Position numbers and translations under genes: made by a program. 64,000 nt of DNA from Syntrophorhabdaceae bacterium (GTDB lineage: Bacteria > Desulfobacterota > Syntrophorhabdia > Syntrophorhabdales > Syntrophorhabdaceae), in NCBI GenBank assembly GCA_963666485.2, contig CAXXUO010000009.1, forward strand, positions 433,517 to 497,516, given 5' to 3'. Below, piece by piece: positions 1 to 14,214 of this stretch (positions within the stretch are counted from its first letter, which is position 1; the number at the start of each line of letters is the position of its first letter). The notes under the pieces were generated by a model, which had not been told where the DNA came from, ran no database searches, and worked only from the letters and a program-made list of their open reading frames with translations.

Positions 1-2544
<2,544 letters not shown>

Positions 2545-2779
2545 CACGATGACCCTGTTTCACTCATTTAAGTAATGAAGTATTGCCATCAGGACCTCCC
2601 CCGGGTCCCGCTCTAAGGCCAATAATAGCAATAAGTAAAACAAATACTGACAATACATTTTGTATCCCGTTGACACCGAAAGCGCAAGCAAAAAGACTGT
2701 ACGCGGACTCCCTCCCCAAGCATCATCCCCAATCCAACCCATGCGAACCTGCTTTTCACGTGGAACGTGGAACGTTCTT

Positions 2780-3247
2780 TTACGACACCTGCGCCGTCGG
2801 CATCACCTCGACAATGCCGTCTTCCGCGTAAAAATCGAACTCGGAAGACTTCCTCATTTCGTCATGGTCTCTGTGTATGTCGTCCATGAAGATACCGAAG
2901 GCCCTTTTTTCGTAGGAGGCCGCAAATACCGCGCACATGTTCAGGTTCGGCCTTTCCCCGTCGACATTCGTGTAGAAGGCGCTGACAAGGGACCTTCTGC
3001 TGAAATCGTTGATTATTTTCAGATAATCAGAAGCATAGTTCACAGCATTTTGCCCCATGCAATATGCGATCGAAACGCCGACCCCGACGAACCTTTTGAA
3101 GACCCAGAGTGACGGCCTGTGGTGGTGAGTTGCATAGAGGCCATGTTCGTCATCCTCACTGCCCGTATACCTGACCTCATAGCCCAGGTATTCGAGGTGC
3201 GCCAAAAAATACTGAAATTCGTTCCCCTTCTCGTCCTTTTTCGCCAT
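2780..3247 (-). CDS. Hypothetical protein (possible YbjN-like fold)
   Basis: 155 aa ORF with G-rich RBS upstream. Confidence 0.6.
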   Translation of the reverse strand: MAKKDEKGNEFQYFLAHLEYLGYEVRYTGSEDDEHGLYATHHHRPSLWVFKRFVGVGVSIAYCMGQNAVNYASDYLKIINDFSRRSLVSAFYTNVDGERPNLNMCAVFAASYEKRAFGIFMDDIHRDHDEMRKSSEFDFYAEDGIVEVMPTAQVS

Positions 3248-3519
3248 CTTCCCCCCCCTTTTTTCTGAGATACCAATATACTATCACCGGCCGATGACAA
3301 CACCATGTCACCCCGCAAACCCCTGTATTTTCAGGCGCGGAAGCCGGCCTTTCCCCATCGTTGTCCCGGCGCCGGACCTTCAATTCCGCGAAGATAAAAA
3401 CGCGTCACCGCCGTACAGTAGCCAACCCCGAAAGCCGGGTAGAGATTAGCGGAAGCAAAAAACCGGGAATGTGGTATTCTTTTTAGAGTAGCTTGTTTAA
3501 AAAAGGGGGAGGATGAACA

Positions 3520-4777
3520 ATGAGGAGAAGAATCGTTAGTGTGCTTTTAGTCGTATTCCTTGTCGTCCTGACGGTTGTACTGCTCAAGGTCCTTCCGCTC
3601 GCGGCGCCTGCCGCCCAGGGCGGCAATTATGACCCTGCCGTATGGGGAAAGGAATTCCCCCTCGAGTACAAGAGCTACCTCAAGAATTTTGAAATGGCAC
3701 CCTCGCCCACAGGCTTTGGGGGCAATGAGCAAATCCAGAAATCCGTCAAGGAACCGGAGCTGCTCGCCAACTTCAAGGGGATGCCGTTCAGCATTGACTA
3801 TGCTTACCGCCGCGGGCACCCGTATGCCCTTACGGACCTCAAGGAATCGAAACGGGTCAATAAACAGACGCTCGGCGGCTGCATGACCTGCAAATCGGCA
3901 GACCTTATCGATATCTACAAGGACATGGGGGACGGTTACGCAAAGACGCCGCTCACCGAGCTTATGCCGAGGATGAGCCATTCCATCACGTGCGCCAACT
4001 GCCATGAGGAGAAGACCATGAAGCTGCGCGTGGTCGTTCCCGCGTTCCTGCAGGCGTTGGAAAGGAGAAAGATAGACATCAAGAAGGCCTCCCGCCAGGA
4101 CATGCGGGCTTATGTCTGCGGCCAGTGCCATTCAACATACTTTATCGAGCCCCAGGGAAAACGGGTGGTATTCCCGTGGGACAAAGGGTTATCGCCCGAG
4201 GAGATGTATTCCTTTTACCAGACAAAGCCCTTCGGGTTCGAGCAGGATTGGGTGCACCCGGTTTCCAAGGTCAAGGCACTCAAGGCGCGGCACCCCGATT
4301 ACGAGACATGGAGCACCGGGGACCCACGGGCTTTCCGGGGTCACCTGCGTCGATTGCCACATGCCCCGTATGAAGGAAGGGGATAAGACATACACGTCCC
4401 ACTGGGTGACGAGCCCCATGAAAAGGATCGAGGATTCGTGCGGCCCCTGCCACAATCAGAGCAGCAAGTGGCTCCTCACCCGGGTCAAAACGATCCAGGG
4501 AAATACTTTCCAGCTTCAGCGGATCGCAGGGCAGACCATCGCGAGGGCGCATGACGTTATAGGAAAGGTCTCCCAGGTCAAAAATGTGGATCCGGCGCAA
4601 CTCGACCAGTCGAGGGAAATGCTCCGGAAGGCCCAGATCTTCTGGGACCTTGTAGCAGCGGAAAACGGGGTCGGCTTTCACAATTCGTCCCAGTGCGAGA
4701 ATACGTTAGGCCAGGCAATCGATCTCGCCCACAGGTCCATCGCCACCGCGAACAGGGCTGCAGGGACAAACTTCTGA
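3520..4777 (+). CDS. nrfA: Pentaheme cytochrome c nitrite reductase catalytic subunit (c552), frameshifted at ~4320
   Basis: Signal/anchor peptide; CMTCK (Lys-ligated heme 1), CANCH, CGQCH, then CVDCH, CGPCH and AENGVGFHN in the next frame; one extra G in the GGGG run at 4318-4321 separates the ORFs. Confidence 0.85.
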
Positions 4778-5045
4778 GCATGTTTTCCGTGAGGCCGAAA
4801 AGGAACCCGTCCAGCTGCCTGCGCATCTGCCGGGTGGTTTCCCTGATCGGCGAATATTCCCGGCCCTGAGGAAGTGACGCGAACCCGTACTCCTGAGATC
4901 ATAGCCTGTCACAGGCACGCCGGCCTACCTCCTGCAAGCCGTCCGCTGTTCCCCATCTTTCCTGTGGCGGATTACCGCAAAAAGTGTTAGTACATACGAA
5001 CAGGATGCACATCACTACACTATCCAACAGAAAAGGAGATGCGCT

Positions 5046-5534
5046 ATGAAACTCGTCACGATCCTTGTTTTACTCATCGCCGTGTTCCTCGTCACACCGG
5101 CCTTCGCACAGAATGCCCCCGCCGCGGACAAACCGGCGGACAATATGGAGCTTCTCAAGGCCAAGATCAAAGCAGACAAAAAATTTATCGTAGGTCAGAA
5201 CATGGAGCTCACCGAGGCCGAGGCGAAGAATTTCTGGCCGGTTTACGAAGCATACCAGAAAGACCTGGACGCCCTTGATAAGAGGGTCGGGGCCATGATC
5301 AAATCCTATGCCGACGCCTGGAACGCGAAGACCATGGACAACGTAAAGGCAAAAAAGATGATTGATGAGATGCTGGCCATCAAGGCAGACGACGTGAAGC
5401 TGATGAAATCCTACGTGCCGAAACTCAGCAAGGTATTGCCGGCCCTGAAGGTTGCCCGCTACCTGCAGATCGAGAACAAGATCCGCGCGATCAGCAATTA
5501 TGAACTGGCCGGAGCAGTGCCTCTTATCCCCTGA
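5046..5534 (+). CDS. Exported helical protein of unknown function
   Basis: Signal peptide ending AFA; AGGAG RBS; LTEAEAKNFWPVY motif. Confidence 0.75.
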   Translation: MKLVTILVLLIAVFLVTPAFAQNAPAADKPADNMELLKAKIKADKKFIVGQNMELTEAEAKNFWPVYEAYQKDLDALDKRVGAMIKSYADAWNAKTMDNVKAKKMIDEMLAIKADDVKLMKSYVPKLSKVLPALKVARYLQIENKIRAISNYELAGAVPLIP

Positions 5535-5557
5535 TCACCCGAACGTATAGATAAAAC

Positions 5558-5582
5558 GGGCCCTCACATCACATGAGGGCCC
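5558..5582. terminator. Stem-loop after CDS 5046-5534, putative terminator
   Basis: GGGCCCTCA-N7-TGAGGGCCC perfect 9 bp stem; weak T tract. Confidence 0.5.
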
Positions 5583-5735
5583 ATCTACGCTTTTCACTCG
5601 CTAGCAGACCCATCCCGCGGGCCCGAACACAATGCTATCGTTCCCATAATACTTCATTTGACAGGTTTATGTATCTAATATAACATTGATAATGATCTTA
5701 TATATCTCTGGCTGAATGGCGCCTTTGGGGGAGAG

Positions 5736-8700
5736 ATGAAAGATCCATCCAACAGATCACACCAGGAACTGATCGAAGAAGTCCTCGCATTGGAGCGGAG
5801 GATTGACGAGCTCGAGCAGGCAGGATCGGGGCTCAGGGCCGCAGAAACAGCATTGCGGGAAAGCGAGGAAAAATACCGCCGCCTCGTTGAAAACGCCTCC
5901 GAAGCCATTTTCGTCGCCCAGGGGGACAGACTGGTTTTTGCGAACAAGGCCACAACACAATTCACGGGATACGCGGCGCCCGAACTTATGTCGCGGCCTT
6001 TCATTGAATTTATCCACCATGATGACCGCAATATGGTCATGGAACGTTACATTCGCAGGCAAAAAGGTGAAGAAGTTCCCGCGACGTACACTTTTCGGGT
6101 GGTTCATAAAGACGGTCAGATCGTGTGGGGAGAATTAACCGGCATAGTTATCGACTGGGAAGGCAAGCCGGCGACGCTTAATTTCATGATGCCGATCAAT
6201 GAGCGCATGCGCGCCGAAGAGGCGTTGCGGGAAAGCGAGGATGCGCAGCGAACTTTATTGGCCAATCTTCCCGCCGGTGTTGTAATTATCGATCCCCTTA
6301 CCAGAACGATCGAGGAAGTGAACAACGCCGGGGCTGAGATGTTTGGAGCTGAAGCCGGGTTTATCATTGGGCATCGCTGCCACGCATTCCTTTGCCCGGC
6401 AAGCGAGGGCGCTTGCCCGGTCTGTGATCTCGGACAGGAAGTGGACCATTCGGAACGACAGATGATCTGCACCAATGGTGACAGGCGCCCGGTCCTGAAA
6501 TCTGTTAAACGGATTATCATAAAGGGGCAGGAAAAACTTCTTGAATGCTTTATAGATATCACGGATCGCGCTAAAGCAGACAGGGAGCTGAAAAGCGCCC
6601 ACGCACATCTCGGCCGTATCCTTAAATTCAACGAGGCCCTTCTTTCGGCAATCCCCACCCCGGTATTCTACAAAGACAAGGAGGGGAAATACCTCGGCTG
6701 CAACAGGGCATTTACAGAGATAATGGGGGTCACGTCAGAGCAAATAGCGGGAAAGACGGTCATGGAGCTCTGGCCGAGTGAGCATGCGGAGATGTACCAC
6801 AATAAGGACCTGGAATTGATGGAGAAACCCACGCGCCAGGTCTATGAGTTCAAGGTGCACGATAAAGACGGCAAGGAACGTATGGTCGTTTTTGCGAAGG
6901 ATGTTTTTCTCAACGAAGCCGGACAGGCAGCAGGAATTGTCGGCGCTTTTCTTGATATCACCAGCCAGAAACTTGCCGAAAAAACCGTACGGCTGAACGA
7001 ATCCCGCCTGGAGGCCCTGCTCAACCTGAACCAGATGGCAGAAGCAACTCTTGCCGAAATTACCTCTTTCGCGCTCGAAGAAGCTGTTCGGCTCACGAGG
7101 AGCAGCATCGGGTACCTCGCCTTTCTCAATGAGGATGAAAGCATTCTGACAATGCATTCGTGGTCCAAAACCGCCATGAGTGATTGCGCAATGGAAGAGA
7201 AACCGATCCATTACCCTGTCGCAAAAACAGGCTTATGGGGAGAGGCGGTGCGTCAGCGTAAGCCGGTCATTACGAATGATTATAATGCCCCCGGCCCATG
7301 GAAAAAGGGGTATCCTGACGGCCACGTTCGGGTTACCCGTCACATGAACGTTCCCATATTCATGGAATCAAGGATCGTACTGGTTGCAGGGGTGGGCAAC
7401 AAGGAAGACGAGTACAACACGGCTGACGTGCAGCAGTTGACATTATTGATGGAAGGAATGTGGCGGCTCATCGAACGCAAGCGTTCCGGTGAGGAAATAT
7501 TTGCAGAACGGGAAAAACTGAAGACGCTCTCCAATAACGCGCCGTTTGGAATGATCCTTGTCGACAAAGAGGGCCGCTTCACCTACATGAACGAAAAATT
7601 TACCACTCTTTTCGGCTACACGATATCCGATACCCCGGACGGCAGGGCGTGGTTCAGAAAAGCGTATCCGGATACCGCGTACCGGCATGCTGCGATCGCC
7701 ACCTGGCTGGAGGATACGGGAGACGCGAATCCGGGCCAGCAGAAACCGAGGATCTTTACCGTCACCTGTAAGGATGGCGCGCAGAAAATCATCAATTTCA
7801 TCCCGTCCACCCTTGTTTCCGGCGATTATCTCATAACCTGCGAAGATATTACCGAACTAAAACATCTCGAGAATCAGCTCAGACAGGCACAGAAGATAGA
7901 AGCTATCGGCACCCTCGCCGGCGGTATTGCCCATGACTTCAACAACATTCTCACCATAATGACAGGATACACCTCGCTTATACAAAAGGAACTGGACCCC
8001 TCACACCCCTTGCGGCCATATGTGGACCATGTAATCTCTGCTTGCAAGAAGGCAGCCGATCTGACCGGGAGCCTCCTGGCGTTCAGCAGGAAGCAGCCTA
8101 TAACCCTCGCCCCCCTTAACCTTAACCGCACGATCAAGGAAACGGAGAAGCTCTTGAGACGGCTTCTTACCGATGACATCGAACTGCATACATCCTTTAC
8201 GCAGGACGATACCTTTGTCATGGCCGACAAATCCCAGATCGACCAGATCCTTTTTAATCTTGCCACTAATGCACGGGATGCCATGCCAAAAGGCGGAACG
8301 CTCTCCATAAAAACCTCTCTCGCCGTTATAGATGACAGATTCATAGCAACGCACGGATTGGGAGAACGGGGAAGGTACATAGAGATAAGCGTCTCCGATA
8401 CGGGAACGGGTATGGATGCGACAACACGGGAAAATATCTTCGACCCCTTCTTTACCACGAAAGAAGTCGGGAAAGGCACCGGGCTCGGCCTCGCGACGGT
8501 CTATGGCATCGTCAAGCAGCATAACGGGTTTATCACGGTGGACAGCGCGCCGGGTCGAGGCGCCACTTTTAACGTCTATCTCCCCGTGGTACAGATGGCT
8601 GTCGATGACACGCAGGATATGGGACCTCCCCTCCAGAGAGGAAAAGAGACGATCCTTATCGCTGAAGACAATGAAGATGTACGGAGCTTAATGCGGGATG

Positions 8701-8997
8701 TGCTTCAACAATACGGTTACGAAACCCTTGAAGCGGCGGACGGTGAAACTGCCATAGAGACATTCCGGCAGCACCGGGATGTGGACCTTATAATCATTGA
8801 CTCGGTGATGCCCAAAAAGAACGGGCGCGAGGTTTACGAGACGATATGCGGCACAAACCCTCAGATTAAAGTGCTTTTTACAAGCGGATATAATCCTCGA
8901 CAAGGGGATCGAAGAAAAAGAATTAGACTTTATTGCTAAACCGCTGTTGCTGGATGTTTTTCTCCGGAAGGTCCGCGAAGTGCTCGACAGAACATAA
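5736..8997 (+). CDS. Multi-PAS/GAF hybrid sensor histidine kinase with receiver domain (frameshift near C-terminus)
   Basis: PAS repeats, GAF, H-box GGIAHDFNNIL, DTGTGM, FFTTKEVGKGTGLGL, REC domain; the natural end ILDKGIEEKELDFIAKP..REVLDRT* lies in another frame (8892-8997). Confidence 0.9.
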
Positions 8998-9058
8998 ACA
9001 AGTTTCCCATTCCCCTTTTACATTCGCACGGCGTCGATGACAGGTGCGAGGTTTCATA

Positions 9059-9388
9059 CTAAGCTTCCAACAGCCTTCTTTGAAGCAAAGTCTGCATATC
9101 ACGTCTGCCGTCAATTACCAAGAGAACATACACTCTCTTTCCCGCAATGCGATAGATCATGCGATATGGTTTAAAAAATATTTCCCTGTAGTCGCGAATG
9201 CCTAAATTCCGCAACTCGTTCGGATAAGAACCACGTTCGGGGGCAGTCGACAGGCTGCCCAGCGCCTTTTCGATCTTACTCAGCACATATGCCGCTTTTT
9301 CCGGGGAATCATGCTCGCTTATAAAGCCGATGAGCTCTTCGAGATCGGAGACCGCGGAATTGGTCAGGAACACCTCAAATGATCTCAT
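9059..9388 (-). CDS. RelE/ParE-family type II toxin
   Basis: 109 aa; AVSDLEEL..YREIFFKPYRMIY..DGRRD; overlaps antitoxin stop. Confidence 0.85.
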   Translation of the reverse strand: MRSFEVFLTNSAVSDLEELIGFISEHDSPEKAAYVLSKIEKALGSLSTAPERGSYPNELRNLGIRDYREIFFKPYRMIYRIAGKRVYVLLVIDGRRDMQTLLQRRLLEA

Positions 9389-9660
9389 GTATTCTTTTGT
9401 TTGCCGCGCAGGCGCCTGATAACGTCATCGGCGGCCTCGATCTTCCCGTCGTCAGCCTGTTTATTGCCGAGCGCCAGTATCTTCAAAAGGGCCATTGTCT
9501 CCATTGTCTGCTCATAGCTCTCTATATCTTGTATAATAGCCTTCGCTGTCCCATTTTGAGTGATGATAAGCGGTTCCTTTTGTCCCCCTATATCCCTGAC
9601 TATCTCGGATGCATGGGCCTTTAAATAACTGATGGGTTTTATGCGGCTGGACAATTTCAT
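9385..9660 (-). CDS. Phd/YefM-family antitoxin
   Basis: Start at 9660 (GAGG RBS); IKPISYLKAHASEI..PLIITQNG. Confidence 0.9.
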   Translation of the reverse strand: MKLSSRIKPISYLKAHASEIVRDIGGQKEPLIITQNGTAKAIIQDIESYEQTMETMALLKILALGNKQADDGKIEAADDVIRRLRGKQKNT

Positions 9661-9687
9661 AATCACCTCGATGCACGAATATGACCG

Positions 9688-9716
9688 ATTATAGTCCAAA
9701 TACAGGTCAATGTCAA
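9688..9716 (-). promoter_or_regulatory. Consensus sigma70 promoter of the phd-relE operon
   Basis: TTGACA-N17-TATAAT on minus strand, flanked by TGACC...GGTCA inverted half-sites. Confidence 0.8.
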
Positions 9717-9750
9717 TCCAGGCTGCACGGAGAGAGTAAGATAGTGAAAG

Positions 9751-9883
9751 AAAAAGACTTCTCTCGCCCGCTTCGCTTGAGGACACAGAGAACGCGGGGA
9801 ACAGCGGAGAAGAAAAGACTTGTCGACTGATCGCGGAGCCGACCACGATCAGTCGACACTTCCGTCGGCTTCGCCGAGAAAAG
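9751..9883 (+). repeat. Structured ~130 bp dispersed repeat, copy A
   Basis: CTCTCGCCCGCTTCGCT..GATCGCGGAGCCGACCACGATC..GTCGGCTTCGCCGA shared with copies at 59.7-61.3 kb. Confidence 0.9.
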
Positions 9884-10363
9884 ATGAGCGAACTTGGGCC
9901 GGTCTTTTGTTGCACTGCATATGCTTATGTCGATACAAAAGGGAACCTGGTATTTTTACCTCAGTAAGATAGCCGGAGAGTGGAAGGATGAAAAATAGTC
10001 CGCTTCTTTATTACAAAACACGGGAGGATATCAATTCCTACCGGAAAAAACCGGTCAAGGCAAAACTCTGTTGGCTTGAAGCACAAATGGAATTCTTCCA
10101 CAAGGCAATGCCGGAAAAAGCAAAAAAGATACGTAAAAAACTGAATGGTTAGTCCCCTCATCATTCCGGAATATGACATTTTGGGCTCATGTTCTTATCT
10201 TTGAATATGAGATGCATCTTCCCGTTCCCGGAAACGTCTTGTTGAAATTTGCGTCAAACTATCCCGCGCCAAGATGACAAGCATATGTCACCTCGCACTG
10301 CTAAAATTATATAACGGTACAATTTACGGTGCAGAATAATAAAATAAACTGGGAGAATTGTGT

Positions 10364-11131
10364 ATGATCGGTGCAATTGCAGGTGATATCATCGGCTCGG
10401 TGTACGAGTGGCATAACCTCAAAACGATCGATTTCCCTCTCTTTGATCCACTCTGCACTTTCACCGACGACACCGTCCTCACCATTGCCATCGCCGACGC
10501 GATCCTGTCCGGCACTGATTACGGCCCCAGGCTCAAGGAATGGTATCGTCTGTACCCGGACCGGGGTTACGGTTCCGGCTTTCGCCGCTGGGCCAGAAGT
10601 CACAGTCGTCAGGGCGACAGCATGGGCAACGGCTCTGCCATGCGCGTGAGCCCCGTCGGCTTCGCCTTCAACACGCTGGAAGACGTGCTGGAAGAAGCTC
10701 GAAAAAGCGCCCTCCCGAGCCACAACCACCCCGAGGGCATCAAGGGCGCGCAATCCGTCGCCTCCGCCATCTTCCTCGCCCGCACGGGAACCGGCAAGGA
10801 AGATATCAAGAAATACATTCAGGAGACATTCGGCTACAACCTTAACCGTACCCTCGAAGACATCCGCCCCCGCTACCGCTTCGACGCCACCTGCCCCGGT
10901 TCCGTCCCCGAGGCAATAACCGCATTCCTCGAATCAAACGATTTCGAAGACGCTATTCGCAAAGCGATCTCCCTCGGCGGCGATTCCGACACGATCGCAT
11001 GCATTGCCGGCGGCATCGCCGAGGCGTTTTACGGCATTCCCGACTACATTCGTATCCGGACGCTGGAGGAACTTGACGATACGTTGCTGAGTACCGTGGA
11101 CTCCTTCACCAAAGAATACTGTTCTGCATAA
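10364..11131 (+). CDS. ADP-ribosylglycohydrolase family protein
   Basis: GAIAGDIIGS, FTDDT, GNGSAMRVSP, GGDSDT motifs. Confidence 0.92.
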   Translation: MIGAIAGDIIGSVYEWHNLKTIDFPLFDPLCTFTDDTVLTIAIADAILSGTDYGPRLKEWYRLYPDRGYGSGFRRWARSHSRQGDSMGNGSAMRVSPVGFAFNTLEDVLEEARKSALPSHNHPEGIKGAQSVASAIFLARTGTGKEDIKKYIQETFGYNLNRTLEDIRPRYRFDATCPGSVPEAITAFLESNDFEDAIRKAISLGGDSDTIACIAGGIAEAFYGIPDYIRIRTLEELDDTLLSTVDSFTKEYCSA

Positions 11132-11240
11132 AAAAAATCTTTTGCGGTGATGAAAACGTGTCATCATGGGTCCGGTGGCAAACCCTGCCTCCAAAGAACT
11201 CTTTGATAATGATATCATTTGGTGATACCATGTTCCCATT

Positions 11241-11573
11241 ATGATGACATATAAAGGATATACCGCAAAAGTCGAATTTGACGACGAGGACATGATATTT
11301 CACGGCGAGGTGATCGGGATCCGGGATGTTGTCACATTTGAAGGCGACAGCGTGAAGGAGATCGAAAAAGCTTTCCGCGACTCCGTCGACGACTACCTGA
11401 ACATGTGCAAAGAAAGGAACGAGGCCCCGGACAAGCCCTTTTCCGGTAAATTCGTTGTGAGACTCTCCCCCGAGATCCACCGGAAAATACATGCATCAGC
11501 CAAAAAAGCAGGCCTCAGCGTCAACGCGTGGCTCAATGTGAAATTACGAAATCTGTTGAACGATCGTTGTTAA
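11241..11573 (+). CDS. hicB: HicB-family antitoxin (no hicA adjacent)
   Basis: YKGYTAKVEFD..FHGEV..F..SVDDYL..PDKPFSGKF.VR. Confidence 0.88.
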   Translation: MMTYKGYTAKVEFDDEDMIFHGEVIGIRDVVTFEGDSVKEIEKAFRDSVDDYLNMCKERNEAPDKPFSGKFVVRLSPEIHRKIHASAKKAGLSVNAWLNVKLRNLLNDRC

Positions 11574-11642
11574 TTTCGGCTGACCCTCTATCCCCGGAAT
11601 GCACCATGCGGATCGCTGTCGACTTCTCCTGGATCGTATAGA

Positions 11643-11849
11643 TCAGCATTTTGCTATGAATCTCCGAATGGTCTTTTCTATATACTCCGTCGGCAGCTGC
11701 GCGTCTTCGATCCCCCTGTTGATCTCCTCCGCATAGCCCGTGCGGGGCACACCCTCACCCTCGACCGGGTCCACATACAAGAGACATCTCGCAAGAGAGC
11801 CGTTCACCTCCACATCCAAGTGTTTCCTATCGTAGGCACCGGCCTTCAC
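11643..11849 (-). pseudogene. 3' remnant of gamma-glutamylcyclotransferase gene (duplicate of 20961-21389)
   Basis: Near-identical C-terminal peptide YVDPVEGEGVPR.GYAEEINRGIEDAQLPTEYIEKTIRRFI; no 5' half. Confidence 0.85.
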
Positions 11850-12082
11850 CGAGAATTAGGTGTTTAGCTTTCTTCATAACACTGCCTCCTGAGAATTGGA
11901 TTGTCATCATCTATGACAGAATTATACCACTTCAGCCGTCAGGAGGATCACCTGATATTTTTTGGACGAGATTTCGGCGGGTGAATCGATGGTCTGATGC
12001 TGAAGAATCATTCTTTATTTTCTTTCTTACTGGTGATACATTCGTTTTACAAGAAGGACAGTACAGGCAAGGAGAAGAAGTT

Positions 12083-13144
12083 ATGGTGCACAGGATTGCG
12101 GTCATTCCCGGCGATGGTATTGGAAAGGAAGTTGTTCCCGAGGGAATTCGGGTTCTCGACGCCGCGGGAGAACGATTTAATATAAGGTTTCAATGGGAAT
12201 TCTTTCCCTGGGGATGCGAATATTATTCATTACACGGGAATATGATGCCGTCCGACGGGCTGGCCACACTGAAAAAATTCGAGGCGATCTATCTTGGCGC
12301 CGTCGGTGCACCCGGGGTGCCGGACCATATCTCGCTGTGGGGTTTACTGATCCCCATACGCACAAACTTCCGGCAGTACGTCAATTTAAGGCCGGTGAGG
12401 CTGCTTGAGGGTCTGCAAAGTCCTCTCAAAAACAAGAGGCCTGGTGATATCGATCTGTGCATCGTGCGTGAAAATAATGAGGGCGAATATTCCCGGGTCG
12501 GCGGGAGGATGTATGAAGGGGCCGACCGGGAAATGGCTATACAAATTTCGATCTTCACGAGGGAAGGTGTTGAAAGGGTGATACGGTTCGCTTTTGAACT
12601 CGCGAAGAGAAGACCAAAAAAACATCTCACATCTGCCACGAAATCAAACGGGCTCATTCACACCATGCCTTTCTGGGACGAGATATTCCGGGAAATTTCA
12701 CAGGATTACCCGGAAGTAAGAGCTGACCAGTTCCACATAGATGCGCTGGCCGCCGCCCTCGTCCTCCGCCCTGAGAATTTCGACGTCCTCGTGGGAAGCA
12801 ACCTTTTCGGAGATATCCTCTCAGACCTTGCTCCGGCCCTTGCAGGGGGCCTCGGTATCGCCCCGTCGGCGAATCTCAATCCCGAGCATGAATTTCCCTC
12901 CATGTTTGAGCCCGTTCATGGCTCCGCACCTGATATCGCCGGAAAAGGCACTGCGAATCCCATTGGGCAGATATGGTCCGGTGCAATGATGCTCGACCAT
13001 CTCGGTCATAGCGATGCCGCTCAGGCAATAGAAGAAGCCATAGAAAGAGCACTGTTGGAAGAGAAGACCCGGACACCCGATCTTAACGGAAGCGCATCCA
13101 CTCAGGAAGTAGGCATAGCAATCAGGGATTATGTCATGAGATAG
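12083..13144 (+). CDS. Tartrate dehydrogenase / D-malate dehydrogenase (decarboxylating)
   Basis: IAVIPGDGIGKEV, VPDHISLWGLL, RENNEGEYS, SATKSNG, NLFGDILSDL, FEPVHGSAPDIAG. Confidence 0.9.
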   Translation: MVHRIAVIPGDGIGKEVVPEGIRVLDAAGERFNIRFQWEFFPWGCEYYSLHGNMMPSDGLATLKKFEAIYLGAVGAPGVPDHISLWGLLIPIRTNFRQYVNLRPVRLLEGLQSPLKNKRPGDIDLCIVRENNEGEYSRVGGRMYEGADREMAIQISIFTREGVERVIRFAFELAKRRPKKHLTSATKSNGLIHTMPFWDEIFREISQDYPEVRADQFHIDALAAALVLRPENFDVLVGSNLFGDILSDLAPALAGGLGIAPSANLNPEHEFPSMFEPVHGSAPDIAGKGTANPIGQIWSGAMMLDHLGHSDAAQAIEEAIERALLEEKTRTPDLNGSASTQEVGIAIRDYVMR

Positions 13145-13218
13145 ACTGGCTTCTCCCGAAAAAAAACGGGACACATCCGGGCCAAATTCGATTGGAAGAA
13201 CGACTGGTTCCCGAGGGA

Positions 13219-14214
13219 TCATTCACCAGTTTTATGGCTGGCGACAACCTTCTTATAAAATCTTTCCGCCTTTGCCGGGTTTATTCGTTTTAATTCATGA
13301 TAGGCATTCATGACTTTTTCTTCCCGGCCGGCTATTTTATATACAACTCCCAGGTCGAACCAGGCATCCGCATAATCCGGATCGAGTTCGACACATTTTT
13401 CGTAGCTTGCGGCGGCTTTATTCGTTTCCTGCAAGGTCATATACGCAAACCCCAGGTTAAACCAGGCCTTTTTATCACCCGGGTAAAGGTCCAATGATTT
13501 CCTCAAATACACGATGCCTTTGCCCGTTTCGCCCGCAATTGCATATATCGTTCCCAGGGAATGCCAGGCAGCGGCATTTTTCGGTTCCACCATCGTCCAA
13601 ACCTGGCAATACGCTATTATTCCCTGGATATCATTCTGCGCTTCGAGATTAGCCAATTCTGCCCGCCGATCTTCTGAAATGAAGGAACCACCCTGTTGTC
13701 CTTTCTCCACGGCCCGCTTCCCGCCATCGGATGACGTTCCCTTGGGAATTTCCAGGTCTGCAGGTAAACATACCTCGCTTGCCAGCCGTTCAATAAATGT
13801 GTTCGGAGGAATCGGCCTGAATCCAAATCCACCGCGTTTTTTGTTTTTATCCCCGGTACTAACATCATTAAAATTGGCATCCCGGAAAACAATTTCGACC
13901 TGGTTGTATTCCCATTTCCTGCAGTCGATTTTCTCACGGGATTGATAATGCGTGGCCCGCGGTGATCCGGGAAGGCTTTCGGCCATAACTACCATCATTT
14001 CCGTGGACAAAATATGGCGGGTTTTAACCGAAATTATTCCCTTCCCTTCGTGCACGACGGAAAGCCTGTCATATACCAGCGTTCCGGTCCTATTTTCTCC
14101 CACCTCGACCCATTCCGGGTTCGGAGCTTCCCGGCAGAAACCGAATACAGCCACACATATGCACAGCACAATAGTTCCCACAATGATCGCAATTCCTGGA
14201 TTGAAGCGACTCAT
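13219..14214 (-). CDS. Exported/membrane-anchored TPR protein
   Basis: Hydrophobic N-terminus; C-terminal TPRs (AWHSLG, AWFNLG, AWFDLG). Confidence 0.8.
   Translation of the reverse strand: MSRFNPGIAIIVGTIVLCICVAVFGFCREAPNPEWVEVGENRTGTLVYDRLSVVHEGKGIISVKTRHILSTEMMVVMAESLPGSPRATHYQSREKIDCRKWEYNQVEIVFRDANFNDVSTGDKNKKRGGFGFRPIPPNTFIERLASEVCLPADLEIPKGTSSDGGKRAVEKGQQGGSFISEDRRAELANLEAQNDIQGIIAYCQVWTMVEPKNAAAWHSLGTIYAIAGETGKGIVYLRKSLDLYPGDKKAWFNLGFAYMTLQETNKAAASYEKCVELDPDYADAWFDLGVVYKIAGREEKVMNAYHELKRINPAKAERFYKKVVASHKTGE

Noticed and set aside
2752..2767. parS-like site CTTTTCACGTGGAACG
   Set aside because: 13/16 match, single copy, no parAB or origin genes in the window
9661..9915. N-terminal extension of the 176 aa Phd ORF
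   Set aside because: It runs through the promoter and repeat A; the real start is 9660
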